From contig JABJNO010000025.1 in NCBI GenBank assembly GCA_018664825.1, positions 3,022 to 67,021 of the forward strand: a stretch of DNA of 64,000 nt, given 5' to 3'. Shown one piece after another: positions 20,401 to 30,182 of the stretch (position 1 is the first letter of the stretch; the number at the start of each line of letters is the position of its first letter). The notes under the pieces are model-generated. The model ran no database searches. It saw only the letters and a list, made by a program, of their open reading frames with translations, and had not been told where the DNA came from. The DNA comes from Candidatus Parcubacteria bacterium. Its GTDB lineage: Bacteria; Patescibacteriota; Patescibacteriia; UBA1558; GWA2-36-10. Made by a program: the position numbers and the translations under genes.

Positions 20401-23400
20401 GAAGGCAACGATACAACTGGTTACCAGATTATTACTAGAGATTTATTGGGTAGTGAAGTAGTTACTTTTCTTCCAGATGGAGTAGCTCCATGTACAAATA
20501 TTGCCCCAGGAGGCAATGTTTGCCAGGACACTATCGGTGTTCCTGCGATTTGTGGTGACGAAACTCCAGCTGATCCAACCGATGATCCAGATGTTGATCC
20601 AAATTGTCGTGAATATTTTGATACTACTGGACGTTCATATTTCCGTTTTCAAGACAGAGTTATTTATGCAGACAATGATTGTCATGACTATAAGAGGACT
20701 TCTACTGGGCAAATATACAAAGCTATCCCTAGTAGGAGCATTGCTTGTTCAGCCGAAAACGATGGCTGTCGCTCATACTATGGTAACGCAGCTAATAATT
20801 TGAGAGAAATTTTCTCAGATAATTTTGAGGTGGATATGTACTATTGGGAGGATGCCGCAGGACCAGCGCTTGCGTTGTCTCAGGAGTCACTGAATGACGG
20901 AGGGCAATCTTTGAGAACTCAAACAGGTGGAGTGATATTCAAAGATTTACTTGCTGCTGGTGCTCAGGTATACAATGAAAAAGAATATGAACTTTCTTTC
21001 TGGATGAGGGCAAACGCACCTTTGTCTGATATGCAGGCTAGCCTTCTTGCGAATGATGGAGCCAATCCTTTGGTTATTGTTCCTATGGTAGATCCAGCGG
21101 ATGCCAACTTTAGAAATATTGGAGGAGGCACTTGGAATTATTATACTACCTCTGTATATGTAGATACCCTTAATATTGATTTAAACAATCTTGTAGATTT
21201 ACAGTTGAGACTTTCCTTTAATGGGGGGATAGTGGATGATATTTTCTTGGACAATGTTACGATGAGAGAAGTGTATACTCATCTAGCGGTTGTAAAAGAT
21301 TCTTGGGACACTCCAGTGTCTTGTGATACCCCATACGAAGGTTATCATCTAGGTTGTCAATCTTATATAGATACAAATGGAGCACCTTATAACTTAAAAT
21401 CGTTTTCACACCTATGTAGAGAAGAGGCGATAGGTTGTGCTCCGGCGATTGATACTCAAAACTCAACTTATCCTTTTAGTGAGGAATTCAACACGGGTGA
21501 TTTATCACGTATTACCGTACCAGCAGACAGCTTGACTTTCTTGGTGCCAAATTCTGAAAATTATTGTCCGGAAAATTATAAGGGTTGTAGTGCCCTGGGC
21601 TTGCCTGATGATTCTCTCAATCCATCTTCTTTTGAGACTGTCTACAAAATGAATGACCCAGACGCATACGGAGCTACTTTGTGTGAATTTGAGGGTCTGG
21701 ACTGCGAAGAGTTTAATTCAGCCAAAGGTACGTATTATTTCAAGATTATTTCAGAGCAAGGCAGCTGTAGTTATTTACAAAATGTTTTGATAAATGACGG
21801 CTCAAATGATCAATTGATAAATGGTTGGTTCAATAATTTTTCTATTGCAAATGATACAAATATTGGTTGTTCTGATGATGGAGATGGCACAATAGAACAA
21901 TCAGATTATGACTTTATCTGGGACCATTGTACTGGTCATCCAGATGTCCACACAGAACAAGAATGTACGGTTGGTGGATGGTTTTGGGAAAATAGCCAAA
22001 CAGCCGCTTCTTGTCCACCAGACAGAGATATGTGTACAGCTTTTAGAGATCCACAAGATCCAGTTGGTTGTGATCCAAACATCCAAGATAGAAATATAGA
22101 AGGGTACTGTAGTGATTTTGCGCATACTGATGAAAGTGCTTGTCGTTCAAATGGTGAGACCTGGACTCCTGCTTGTGATGAATATTATTATTATAAAAAC
22201 GATAAAATAGACGAGACTTCTTGCAACGGTCAAGTCGATAGAAATAGTGGCTGTATATTATTGGCAGATGCCAATAATTGGAATGGCGAGCATTCAGAAG
22301 TAGCTTTGTATTATGATAGTAATCAAAGTTATGATCTAAATGTATCTAGAAATCAGCCATACAGTCCGACTACTTGTAATCCTGATATTGATCCAACGTG
22401 TACTTTGGATGCAAATCTTTTGGTCAGAGCCTCAAAGGACAGGCAATGCGCCGAATGGCTAACTTGTAAATCGTCTACCGCAGTGTTCAATAAACAAACA
22501 AATGATTATGATTTGATTTGTGATGGCCTTGATTCTTGTGTTGAATTTGACGATGACGACACTAGCCTTACTAGTTGTAAAAAATGGGCAGATTATAATG
22601 AGACCAATACAGAGGCTTTGACGGCAGAGGTATACCAAACTCGAACTACTGGTAGGTACAACCATCTGGATTGGAGTGATTTTGAATATACTGGATATGC
22701 TGTACCGGATATGCTACCACCTAGTGAATTGGTTACTTACAATTTTGGTGACGAGGATAATCCAGAACCACGTTTGACTTATAGTGTTTGGGATAGCGTG
22801 GCTATCAATACAAGATTTTATGATGCTTGTGTGATCGCCTCTGATCCTGCTCAGCCACTAAATGACGCTGTTTGTACAGCTGAAATATCTGGGGAGAATT
22901 TTTATGGAGATTGTGAAGATGGTATTTGCTGGGTAAACCCAATGGCTCAAAACACTGATATAGATCAATTTCAAGTAGAAACTAGAGGTTACGCCACACC
23001 AAGCGCTCCTTTTCCAGCAGCTATTTCTCCTGGATTGGACAAATTACAGGCTTACAGTAACGCCAATGAGTGTGACGCAGATGAAAATGGTTGTGAGGCA
23101 GCTTATGTCAAAGTGACCTATGGTGACGCTTTGGGTAGCGCTACTGTTTTCCATTATCCGAAAGGATATTCGCCTATTCCTGGTAGTATTTGTACAATGG
23201 GGCGCACTAATGCTGGAATTATATGTACTGAGAATAGTCAGTGTGATTCTGCCTCTGGTAGATTTGATGGTCAATGTGCTCAAAAGACAAAAGAAGAAAC
23301 ATTTTTCAATTGGCAGGGAGTTTGTATGGAAAAAGATAAATCAGAAACTCTAGTCAAGGATAACGAAGACAGTAATAGCTGTAATATATGGTATCCAACT

Positions 23401-26253
23401 GATAGTATAGATGGTATAAGTAGCTTATTCAACAACTTTCGTGAAGCTGGTTATCATGCTGAAGACGGTAATGATGCTTTATTCTGTGCTGTAGCTGAGC
23501 CGTTTGAATTTACTGAAGATACTTATTTTTGTGGTCATACACAAAGTACTGGAGGTCTTACTGTGTGTACGGTTTTGATAAAAGTACCAGCTGGAGCTAT
23601 GGTGAGTTTGTCAGGTATTCAAAATTATGGTGATGAGATAGTAAATGGTTACTTAAGAAACTATGCCGACCATGCCTTTGACGAGCCGATAGATTATAGT
23701 AGTGAATATTCAGGCGCAAGCTTTCCAAATGGCTTTGGTGTAGATTGGGTTGAGAAAAATGGTGTTGGTCCAGATGTATACTATAATCCAAATCAAACAA
23801 CTTCGTGTACGCACTATAATAATTATGATAGTTTGCCAGTGAGCTTTGGTGATGGATATGACTCATTTTTCCGAGATATGGATTTTACTGATGATGATAT
23901 ACCACCGATGAATGATATTCCAGTGATTCCATTTGGCAATGTAGCTGAAGTATTCAATACCGGAGTAACTAGTAATGCCTCTGGTCCAATAGATATATAT
24001 TATTATGATGAAGAAGTTTCTGATAATGGTAATTTTTCTTATACTGCCGGTATTTTGGTACCTGGTGCTGAGCGTTATCATTACGGAATAAGTACTATAT
24101 ATGATGGTAATGTAGTGGCCGATGTTGGCAAGAGCTGTGAAGACAAATGTAGAAATGATTGGGGTGTTTTCTATTGTCCTGACGGCTGGCACGAATCTCT
24201 ACTAAGGAGAAAATACACAGGTTCAAAATGTAAAACATGGGGACCTCGTGAACATTGGAGTTTCCGTTATTGTAATCCAGGCGACCATAACTATTATGTA
24301 AAGGCAGAATATCCACCAACTATGGCACCACCAGCTCAGTGTTCTGAATATGATTGTGGCGCAGCCAATAAAGGACTTAGTTGTTTACATACACCTGGTA
24401 GTACATATAATGACATGTTAACCGCAGTTATTGGCTCTTCCTATAGTTGGATGCTTCCGGTTGATATTGATCCGAATCCAATGGTCACTACTTATAGAGA
24501 TAGATTACCTATACCTAATATGGCATTGGCTGGATTACCTCAATATTGTTATAATAATCCAAACTGTCTATATATATATTGTGTAGAAAGAGCTAGTGTA
24601 TCAAATGATTATTGTAGTGAATTTGGTGAAATAAGAGAAAATACAAATGCAGATGGTGTGGTCACTAGTATTAGTATTATCGAATGTCTGGACAATCTTT
24701 ATGAAACAGACCCTGAAAATGGCGTTCAAGCATTCAAGGTAAAAGATGACACTGATAACGTAGATCCAAACCTTGGCTGGCCACTGGCTATTGACTTAGG
24801 TCTTTTGGATCAAGCCTATAATACAGATTTTGCTTGTTATAATGTATCAAATTCAACCAATCCAATATACGATGGTAGTATTAATAACGAGCTGACATGT
24901 AACAACACATTAAATAGATCTTGGCTAAACAGGGGCTCAGTACAGCCTGCCTTTATGGGTTGCCTGGAGTCTGATGTGGGCGTAGACTGCTCTACTAATT
25001 TTGCAATGGCCCCTGCCAATAGATGCTATTGGTGGAGAAGAGGAAATTGGATAGCTCCATACTATTGTAGTTCTGTCTATGCTACCACGAGAGATGGTGC
25101 AGATTGTACGGGTCTGGAATGTTTCCAACAATGTAGGATAGTGACTGAGCTTGATTCAGAGGGTGATAGGTCTTATGTGCGTACTGATATTTGGTGGAGA
25201 AACGAAGAAAGTACTACTCGTTTAGTGACAGACAACTGGACTTCCTATTATTATCACAACAATACTATTGGTTATGGAGTAGCCAATGGTAATGTAGATT
25301 GGGACAACATCAATGATAATGCAATTCCAGATGAGTTTGGTGATCCGGGTTCATTTGATACTTTTGGTGCTGCTAAGAATAGTATAGGAGATCAAAAATT
25401 ATTTGCTCGAGCACCACTTGATAGTACAAATAATTTTTCAGAGTACTTGACTGCTCACTTCTTTAGTTTTGTATCTGGTACTCCAGAGCCAGTTGTTGAT
25501 GCTTATGCTTTGGCCGAAGATCAGATGGAGTATCTATTTTTCAGAACCTTTAATTTTGAATGGAGATGGGACTTACTCACTAGTCAATATACATATATTG
25601 AGCCAGATACTGCGTACTCTGTAAATTTACGTACTGTAGAGATGCCAAACGGAAACAACAACAATCCATTTGCCGGGGCAGAGTTTGACCCGGTTGTGTA
25701 CAAGAGTTGTGAAAACAAGCTATGTCCAATCACAGATTTGGCAGGAGAGATCCAAAGCTATGAGCACGGTATCACGGTCAATAACTCAAATGTCGGTAGA
25801 ATAAATGGACACGAGTCATTGTTTGTGTCTACCAAGTTTTTCTATTATGCTCACCCGGATCATATGCCTATCGTAGATGTGGGAGTGGTTTGGGGTGATC
25901 AGGATGTCAATCTTGTTTCATCAAATCCTGGTAAATATAAAAATAGTTTGGAAACCTGTGATCCTAATTGGATGGCAAGTCCACCAACAGGCTTTGTCCT
26001 TGGATTTGGTGGTACCGTGGGTGCTTGTCAGGTAGGCTATAAAGTATTTTACAATGATTATGCATATGATGCAGATCCACATGATCCTACAGTAGGACAT
26101 CCTTGTAATGGCGCTACTTATGATATAGCTGCTGGGCCAACTCCAGCTATCAGTGATGCTTCTTGTTTCCGCCCAGGTATTAGAGTAGAGGATAGATGGG
26201 GTCGTGAAACTACAGCTTATTATGATGATTGGATAGTTATCCATAGAAATTAA
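17431..26253 (+). CDS. giant (2940 aa) cysteine-rich extracellular/surface protein
   Basis: Uninterrupted 8.8-kb ORF. N-terminal signal/TM (ILLLIIAILLAVTLIFP). Very high Cys, Asn, Asp and Gly content typical of giant surface proteins of CPR-type genomes. Confidence 0.8.
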   Translation: MKSYKKILLLIIAILLAVTLIFPRLTRSQFATVDQPSTLGNIWNKVETAYDKIQGIVGAELANRTFEMFFNSLAYDVATELAEGGAGGKPQFRTKTIGEYMGNAGGAAVGEFIGTLSEQAFEDLRVNLCSPNALSVKLTLSLSLIDEEAPPKPACDWRRIQRDWGDFADNLSADLIKFQLDPKRGATSTRAFFQSFTMEQSDYGAYAILFQKKEEKKEEAIDASKLSAEECQGYLDKATPITDEVITHCSVTQSMSTMQWFMSWSAQSQKQWEKKNAATSKKLGTILKDAAGKFYSTFTSKLMNNWIKKGMWSLYDLFDGNGGGKYRKGLIEALRGDSNIRQPRNADIFKEFKKIEIVKLDDYSFMDDFSICPPEKDLRKPDNCVIGTDFVQAINSKKTLNEAIAEGLIDPKTPLISPEDLNKNTSDNCYKDSLCYKDLIKLRKTNVIPIGWEIAAQRSSVASPVSLAEAIECFEDAPNSNCIHDTTAVYDINGVPHNPFYHLVDGDWVLKAPKSSCEALVYAPVLESSQSTNRQQYCADMTVCLREDENGNCLDGQYGYCTKSENIWRFRGDMCDDGDIYNGCLTFESNYVDDPGSFIESSLEYCSADQAGCKRYSQEVTNSGEWSLGVIYVDPNDLYLNRREESCNEEFAGCSEYIVLAPNRGVNLVANAGFNNMDGDSDVPFPDGRPDGWIDLATGEDSDGVEYDGDRIANGYPWGGSPHAGTESLYQTIPLVENTTYRISASAGRYNNAVASSGRISILLCDVTGNCANNSLAKPLADGGDCTIPNPGDNNPNLTIFPPASGEMERASCSFTTNSAEIGEAQLYVVSNGSNASWFDNIKVEVVGGPEMAASSYTEYGVGGVVYMSGSTFMCEREEVGCQGYTPVNGGPMVPGTISEGDLCPNECVGYSTFAQQPNIYDIMEDPASNPPVEYYNFIPDTANSCPDSEIGCEEFTNLDEVAQGGEGREYYSFLRQCVEQDLAATFFTWEGNDTTGYQIITRDLLGSEVVTFLPDGVAPCTNIAPGGNVCQDTIGVPAICGDETPADPTDDPDVDPNCREYFDTTGRSYFRFQDRVIYADNDCHDYKRTSTGQIYKAIPSRSIACSAENDGCRSYYGNAANNLREIFSDNFEVDMYYWEDAAGPALALSQESLNDGGQSLRTQTGGVIFKDLLAAGAQVYNEKEYELSFWMRANAPLSDMQASLLANDGANPLVIVPMVDPADANFRNIGGGTWNYYTTSVYVDTLNIDLNNLVDLQLRLSFNGGIVDDIFLDNVTMREVYTHLAVVKDSWDTPVSCDTPYEGYHLGCQSYIDTNGAPYNLKSFSHLCREEAIGCAPAIDTQNSTYPFSEEFNTGDLSRITVPADSLTFLVPNSENYCPENYKGCSALGLPDDSLNPSSFETVYKMNDPDAYGATLCEFEGLDCEEFNSAKGTYYFKIISEQGSCSYLQNVLINDGSNDQLINGWFNNFSIANDTNIGCSDDGDGTIEQSDYDFIWDHCTGHPDVHTEQECTVGGWFWENSQTAASCPPDRDMCTAFRDPQDPVGCDPNIQDRNIEGYCSDFAHTDESACRSNGETWTPACDEYYYYKNDKIDETSCNGQVDRNSGCILLADANNWNGEHSEVALYYDSNQSYDLNVSRNQPYSPTTCNPDIDPTCTLDANLLVRASKDRQCAEWLTCKSSTAVFNKQTNDYDLICDGLDSCVEFDDDDTSLTSCKKWADYNETNTEALTAEVYQTRTTGRYNHLDWSDFEYTGYAVPDMLPPSELVTYNFGDEDNPEPRLTYSVWDSVAINTRFYDACVIASDPAQPLNDAVCTAEISGENFYGDCEDGICWVNPMAQNTDIDQFQVETRGYATPSAPFPAAISPGLDKLQAYSNANECDADENGCEAAYVKVTYGDALGSATVFHYPKGYSPIPGSICTMGRTNAGIICTENSQCDSASGRFDGQCAQKTKEETFFNWQGVCMEKDKSETLVKDNEDSNSCNIWYPTDSIDGISSLFNNFREAGYHAEDGNDALFCAVAEPFEFTEDTYFCGHTQSTGGLTVCTVLIKVPAGAMVSLSGIQNYGDEIVNGYLRNYADHAFDEPIDYSSEYSGASFPNGFGVDWVEKNGVGPDVYYNPNQTTSCTHYNNYDSLPVSFGDGYDSFFRDMDFTDDDIPPMNDIPVIPFGNVAEVFNTGVTSNASGPIDIYYYDEEVSDNGNFSYTAGILVPGAERYHYGISTIYDGNVVADVGKSCEDKCRNDWGVFYCPDGWHESLLRRKYTGSKCKTWGPREHWSFRYCNPGDHNYYVKAEYPPTMAPPAQCSEYDCGAANKGLSCLHTPGSTYNDMLTAVIGSSYSWMLPVDIDPNPMVTTYRDRLPIPNMALAGLPQYCYNNPNCLYIYCVERASVSNDYCSEFGEIRENTNADGVVTSISIIECLDNLYETDPENGVQAFKVKDDTDNVDPNLGWPLAIDLGLLDQAYNTDFACYNVSNSTNPIYDGSINNELTCNNTLNRSWLNRGSVQPAFMGCLESDVGVDCSTNFAMAPANRCYWWRRGNWIAPYYCSSVYATTRDGADCTGLECFQQCRIVTELDSEGDRSYVRTDIWWRNEESTTRLVTDNWTSYYYHNNTIGYGVANGNVDWDNINDNAIPDEFGDPGSFDTFGAAKNSIGDQKLFARAPLDSTNNFSEYLTAHFFSFVSGTPEPVVDAYALAEDQMEYLFFRTFNFEWRWDLLTSQYTYIEPDTAYSVNLRTVEMPNGNNNNPFAGAEFDPVVYKSCENKLCPITDLAGEIQSYEHGITVNNSNVGRINGHESLFVSTKFFYYAHPDHMPIVDVGVVWGDQDVNLVSSNPGKYKNSLETCDPNWMASPPTGFVLGFGGTVGACQVGYKVFYNDYAYDADPHDPTVGHPCNGATYDIAAGPTPAISDASCFRPGIRVEDRWGRETTAYYDDWIVIHRN

Positions 26254-26283
26254 TAGGGAGATAAAATTATAAATATATTAAAA

Positions 26284-28854
26284 ATGACAACACTCGAAAC
26301 TTATCCATTGGTTAAAAAACCATTCAAGAAAATTACAGCCAATAAATTTTGGATCGCCTCCATGGTTTTTGCTGTTGTATTATTGTTGCCCCAAGTTGTT
26401 TCGGCGGGTATGGGAGACAAAATAGCAGTGGGAATTGGACAAATAGTGTACTACATAGGAGTTGCTTTTCCAGCTTGGATTTTGATGATAGAGCTAAAGT
26501 TATTGCCAATGATTGGTCAATACAACGACTTTACCCGTGAAAATGGTGTAGTGGTAGGTTGGACTGCTTTACGAGATTTGGCCAATATGTTTTTTATACT
26601 TATTTTACTCATTATTTCCTTTGCTACTATTTTGCGTATTGATCGTTTTGGTTATCGTCAGTTGTTGTCAAAGTTGATTATTATGGCTGTACTGATCAAT
26701 TTTAGTATGACCATAACTGGTCTACTGATTGATTTTTCGCAGGTAATAATGCTTACTTTTATTGATGCCGTAAAAGACGTGACAGCTGGAAATATTATGG
26801 TATCCCTAGGTTTGGGAAGTATTACGTCTTTTGGTGAACAAACAGGTAGTGTCCAAGGGATAGATTTTTTAAAGGCAGTACTTTTGGGATCAGTCATGAT
26901 GGTGATTGCTGTGGTTGTAGTAGCCGCTTTTATGCTTGTATTGACTGCTAGGATTGTAAAATTATGGATTCTAATAGTAGTTTCTCCGATGGTATTTTTG
27001 GCTTATGCTTTTCCTCTTACAGAAAAATATTATAGTCAGTGGGTAGATGAGCTTACCAAGCAGTTGATTTCTGGTCCGACCTTGGCATTTTTCTTGTGGC
27101 TTTCTTTTACTATTGTAGGTAGTGGGAATGTATCTGACAATTTTACAAAATATGCTCCACCGGGTGACAATGGCTCAGAGATAAGTGCAGCAGCTAGTAC
27201 GCCAAATATTGTAAATTATGTGATTAGTATATCTATGTTGGTAGGCGCCTTGGGATTTGCAGCCCAACAAAATAGCGCCGCCGCTGCTTTGTCAAACAAA
27301 TTTAAATCTGGTTCAAAGAAGCTTGGTGGAATGGCAGCTAAGCGTGTTTGGCAAGGTGGAAGATCTGCAGGTGGTGCAGGTGGCGTCAAAGGCGCATTTG
27401 TTTCTGCAGGTGGTGTGGTTGCGGGTAAACTCAGGGGACTTGGTGTTGGTATGCAAGGTAAAGATAAAGATGGTAACGATAAAAAAGGTAAGGGCAATGC
27501 TGTTCTTAGGAAGGTTCTTGGTGGTGCGGGTCGTAAGGCCGAAAGGGCTGGCATAGAAGGCGAGGCACACTCGGCTGCCGCAGCTTCTACTCGAGACAAA
27601 GGAATGCAAGAGGCGATGAAGAATATGAATCCAGCTCAGCAAAAAAGATATCTTGAGTTAAAAGGTGGAGACAAGGAATCTGGTGCAGCAAAAGGAAGGT
27701 TTAGTGGAGGTGATTCTGCTAGACGTCTTATGATTCAGATGAACATGGATTCTGGACACTATGATACAGATGCTGGTGCTGAACAAGTGCAAGATGATTA
27801 CAAATTTTTAGAAGAGAGAGGTGGTATGGAGTCTCACGAAACAATGAAAAAAATGAAATCAAAGTACGCTGTTTTGGATGATTCTAGTGAGGCTGACATA
27901 GCCAAGGACATTGCTACTGGTAAAGTAGAATCAGTTGACTTTAGTGGATGGCAGATGCCCGATGGAAGTATAAATACTAACGCCAGGAAGAAAATGGATG
28001 CTTTGGTAGATGGTATGGATTCAAAAGATTTACAGGCTTTGTTTGATAGGATGAACAAGCGCCAGCAAGATGCTTTCAAGGATGTGATGGCGAATATGGA
28101 GGCTCAGGATATAGGCTTGACCAAGGGAGTCAATGCTGATGGATCTACCAAAGAAGATGATAAAACACACAAAGCTAGAATGTTTATGATGAATAATGAT
28201 GCCAAGGGTTCTACGGCTTTATTTGATAAAATTGCAGCCAAAATCGGAGCTACTGGCACAAGCTCAGCTGATAAACTTAAATTCGAAAAAACGCGTGATA
28301 GCTTGGCAACTGCTAGAAGTGGTACCAAGTTTGATACTTCAACTTTACTCAAAGCAGATGCCGGCTCTTCATACGTGACGTCGATGGCAGGTTTATTGAC
28401 CGCTGGTCAATTGGGTACCGTAGCTAGTGAAGGTACCAGGGAGCAGAGACAGGCAGTTGTTGACGAACATATTACGGGTGGAGGACAACATTTATCTACT
28501 ATTTTAGCCAACAAACCCTTGGGAGACCTTATCAATGAAACAACTATACAACAAAATTTTAAAAATCAAATAGATGCTGCGCCTGATCCAGCAGTAATGG
28601 CCACAAAGTTGGCCAAGGGTAATTTGAATTTTGCTCAACAGGTATATCCTGATCCAAAAGACTTGGCTAAATTTATCAATGATAATCTAAAAGTTGATGA
28701 GGCAGTAAAGATAGATACATCAGAACTAAAAAAAGCCTGGGTGCATCTAGATGTTGCTATGCAAACTGCCCTTGAAAAGAAGGGTGTTACTGGCCCTGGC
28801 GGCTCTAGTGGTTCTGGTGGTGGCGGAGCAAATACAGGTGGAGGTGGTATATAA
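26284..28854 (+). CDS. polytopic membrane protein (~8 TM) with Gly-rich linker and long hydrophilic C-terminal tail, with TrbL/VirB6-like topology (speculative)
   Basis: N-terminal 330 aa strongly hydrophobic. GGRSAGGAGGVKGAFVSAGGVVAG Gly-rich region. Hydrophilic 500-aa tail ending GGSSGSGGGGANTGGGGI. 30 nt downstream of the giant protein. Confidence 0.45.
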   Translation: MTTLETYPLVKKPFKKITANKFWIASMVFAVVLLLPQVVSAGMGDKIAVGIGQIVYYIGVAFPAWILMIELKLLPMIGQYNDFTRENGVVVGWTALRDLANMFFILILLIISFATILRIDRFGYRQLLSKLIIMAVLINFSMTITGLLIDFSQVIMLTFIDAVKDVTAGNIMVSLGLGSITSFGEQTGSVQGIDFLKAVLLGSVMMVIAVVVVAAFMLVLTARIVKLWILIVVSPMVFLAYAFPLTEKYYSQWVDELTKQLISGPTLAFFLWLSFTIVGSGNVSDNFTKYAPPGDNGSEISAAASTPNIVNYVISISMLVGALGFAAQQNSAAAALSNKFKSGSKKLGGMAAKRVWQGGRSAGGAGGVKGAFVSAGGVVAGKLRGLGVGMQGKDKDGNDKKGKGNAVLRKVLGGAGRKAERAGIEGEAHSAAAASTRDKGMQEAMKNMNPAQQKRYLELKGGDKESGAAKGRFSGGDSARRLMIQMNMDSGHYDTDAGAEQVQDDYKFLEERGGMESHETMKKMKSKYAVLDDSSEADIAKDIATGKVESVDFSGWQMPDGSINTNARKKMDALVDGMDSKDLQALFDRMNKRQQDAFKDVMANMEAQDIGLTKGVNADGSTKEDDKTHKARMFMMNNDAKGSTALFDKIAAKIGATGTSSADKLKFEKTRDSLATARSGTKFDTSTLLKADAGSSYVTSMAGLLTAGQLGTVASEGTREQRQAVVDEHITGGGQHLSTILANKPLGDLINETTIQQNFKNQIDAAPDPAVMATKLAKGNLNFAQQVYPDPKDLAKFINDNLKVDEAVKIDTSELKKAWVHLDVAMQTALEKKGVTGPGGSSGSGGGGANTGGGGI

Positions 28855-28891
28855 ACCCACGTGAATAATAAGTTTTATTTTTGATACATAA

Positions 28892-30151
28892 ATGGAGGAC
28901 GAACTACAAAAATTACCAGTCGAGGTAAAGGAGGTTATTTTTAGTCAGGATTTTGTAAAAGCAAATAATGATATTGTTGATAAGTTTTCTTTCAATAGGG
29001 CTCAACAGGAGCTTATTTTAAGTTTGGAAGAATCTTTATTTTTAAAAAAGATCTCTCCCTTGGACTTGTCTTCTGAATTGGAGGATTTGGAGAGGGCGGA
29101 TTATTATGATTTACGAAAAGTAGGCTTAGAAATTGCTCTCAATATTTTGTGGCCATTACAAGAGTATCTCAAAACAGTGGATAGGCTTATTTTACGCTTG
29201 GGTGGTAAAGTGCCCAGATTGATTCGTCTCAAACGGACACCAGTCCAAAAAAAAGTATTTCCTGATCTCCACAAGGGCTATGTCAGGGAAATGATAAAAG
29301 AGTTTGATGATTTCAAAGATTTGAGGCTGACAGCAAAAAAAATTATAGATAAAAGTGGTAGGTTGGTAATTTCTAGTATTGATAACTGGATAAAAGATTA
29401 TATTCATTTTTTGGGAGCTGGTTATCACAACTCTTTACAACGGTCTCAGTACTTGGCCAAATCACCAAATGTCAAAGCTCTCAATTTGGCAGAAAAAGAG
29501 CTTATGCGTCATTTTATAACTTCTTATGATGACAACGTTGAGATTACCCTAGAAAACAAAAGTGGAGTATTGGTTGTAATAGAGGAGGAAGAAACTTCAA
29601 AAGAACGGGGTGTAAAAAAACCTACGGAAATAAAAATAGACAAAGTTGTTGCTAATTTGCAAAAACAATTGACTGCCCTAGAAGCTGACATTATGCCCAC
29701 TGATTTTATACTTTCAGAAGCAGAAAATGATATCAAAAAATTGGGAGATGTTTTGTGGAAGGCGGTTGGATTGCAAGATAAAAATAAAGTTCTAAGCTGT
29801 CTCAAGGTGATGGTTGAAAAAAAGTTTTTGGATAGTATGCTAGTTGAAAATAATAGGTTTAAAAATATTTTGAAAAGATTTGTAAATATCACCTATGGGA
29901 TTGAGGCCGAGAGAGGACTGTCTCAAAACAGTGACAAGTTGATTGCTAGACGTTTATTTTTGCAAATGTTATTGGCTGATAAATTGCGCCTAAAAGAACG
30001 TGAGGCAACATTGCTATCTTTTTATCTGACAAATTTGTTGCCAGGTTCGGGGCAAGTTGTATATTTGGATCAAAATGACGGTGAGCTCAAGTGGAGGGAG
30101 ATACACTCATCCGCTGGGCATCTGGCCTGGGTTGATCAAGTGACAGGATAA
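28892..30151 (+). CDS. hypothetical cytoplasmic protein (last gene of giant-protein operon)
   Basis: Long ORF with no recognisable motifs. Confidence 0.4.
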   Translation: MEDELQKLPVEVKEVIFSQDFVKANNDIVDKFSFNRAQQELILSLEESLFLKKISPLDLSSELEDLERADYYDLRKVGLEIALNILWPLQEYLKTVDRLILRLGGKVPRLIRLKRTPVQKKVFPDLHKGYVREMIKEFDDFKDLRLTAKKIIDKSGRLVISSIDNWIKDYIHFLGAGYHNSLQRSQYLAKSPNVKALNLAEKELMRHFITSYDDNVEITLENKSGVLVVIEEEETSKERGVKKPTEIKIDKVVANLQKQLTALEADIMPTDFILSEAENDIKKLGDVLWKAVGLQDKNKVLSCLKVMVEKKFLDSMLVENNRFKNILKRFVNITYGIEAERGLSQNSDKLIARRLFLQMLLADKLRLKEREATLLSFYLTNLLPGSGQVVYLDQNDGELKWREIHSSAGHLAWVDQVTG

Positions 30152-30182
30152 AAAAATTCAAGCTGCTGGCTTGAATTTTTTG

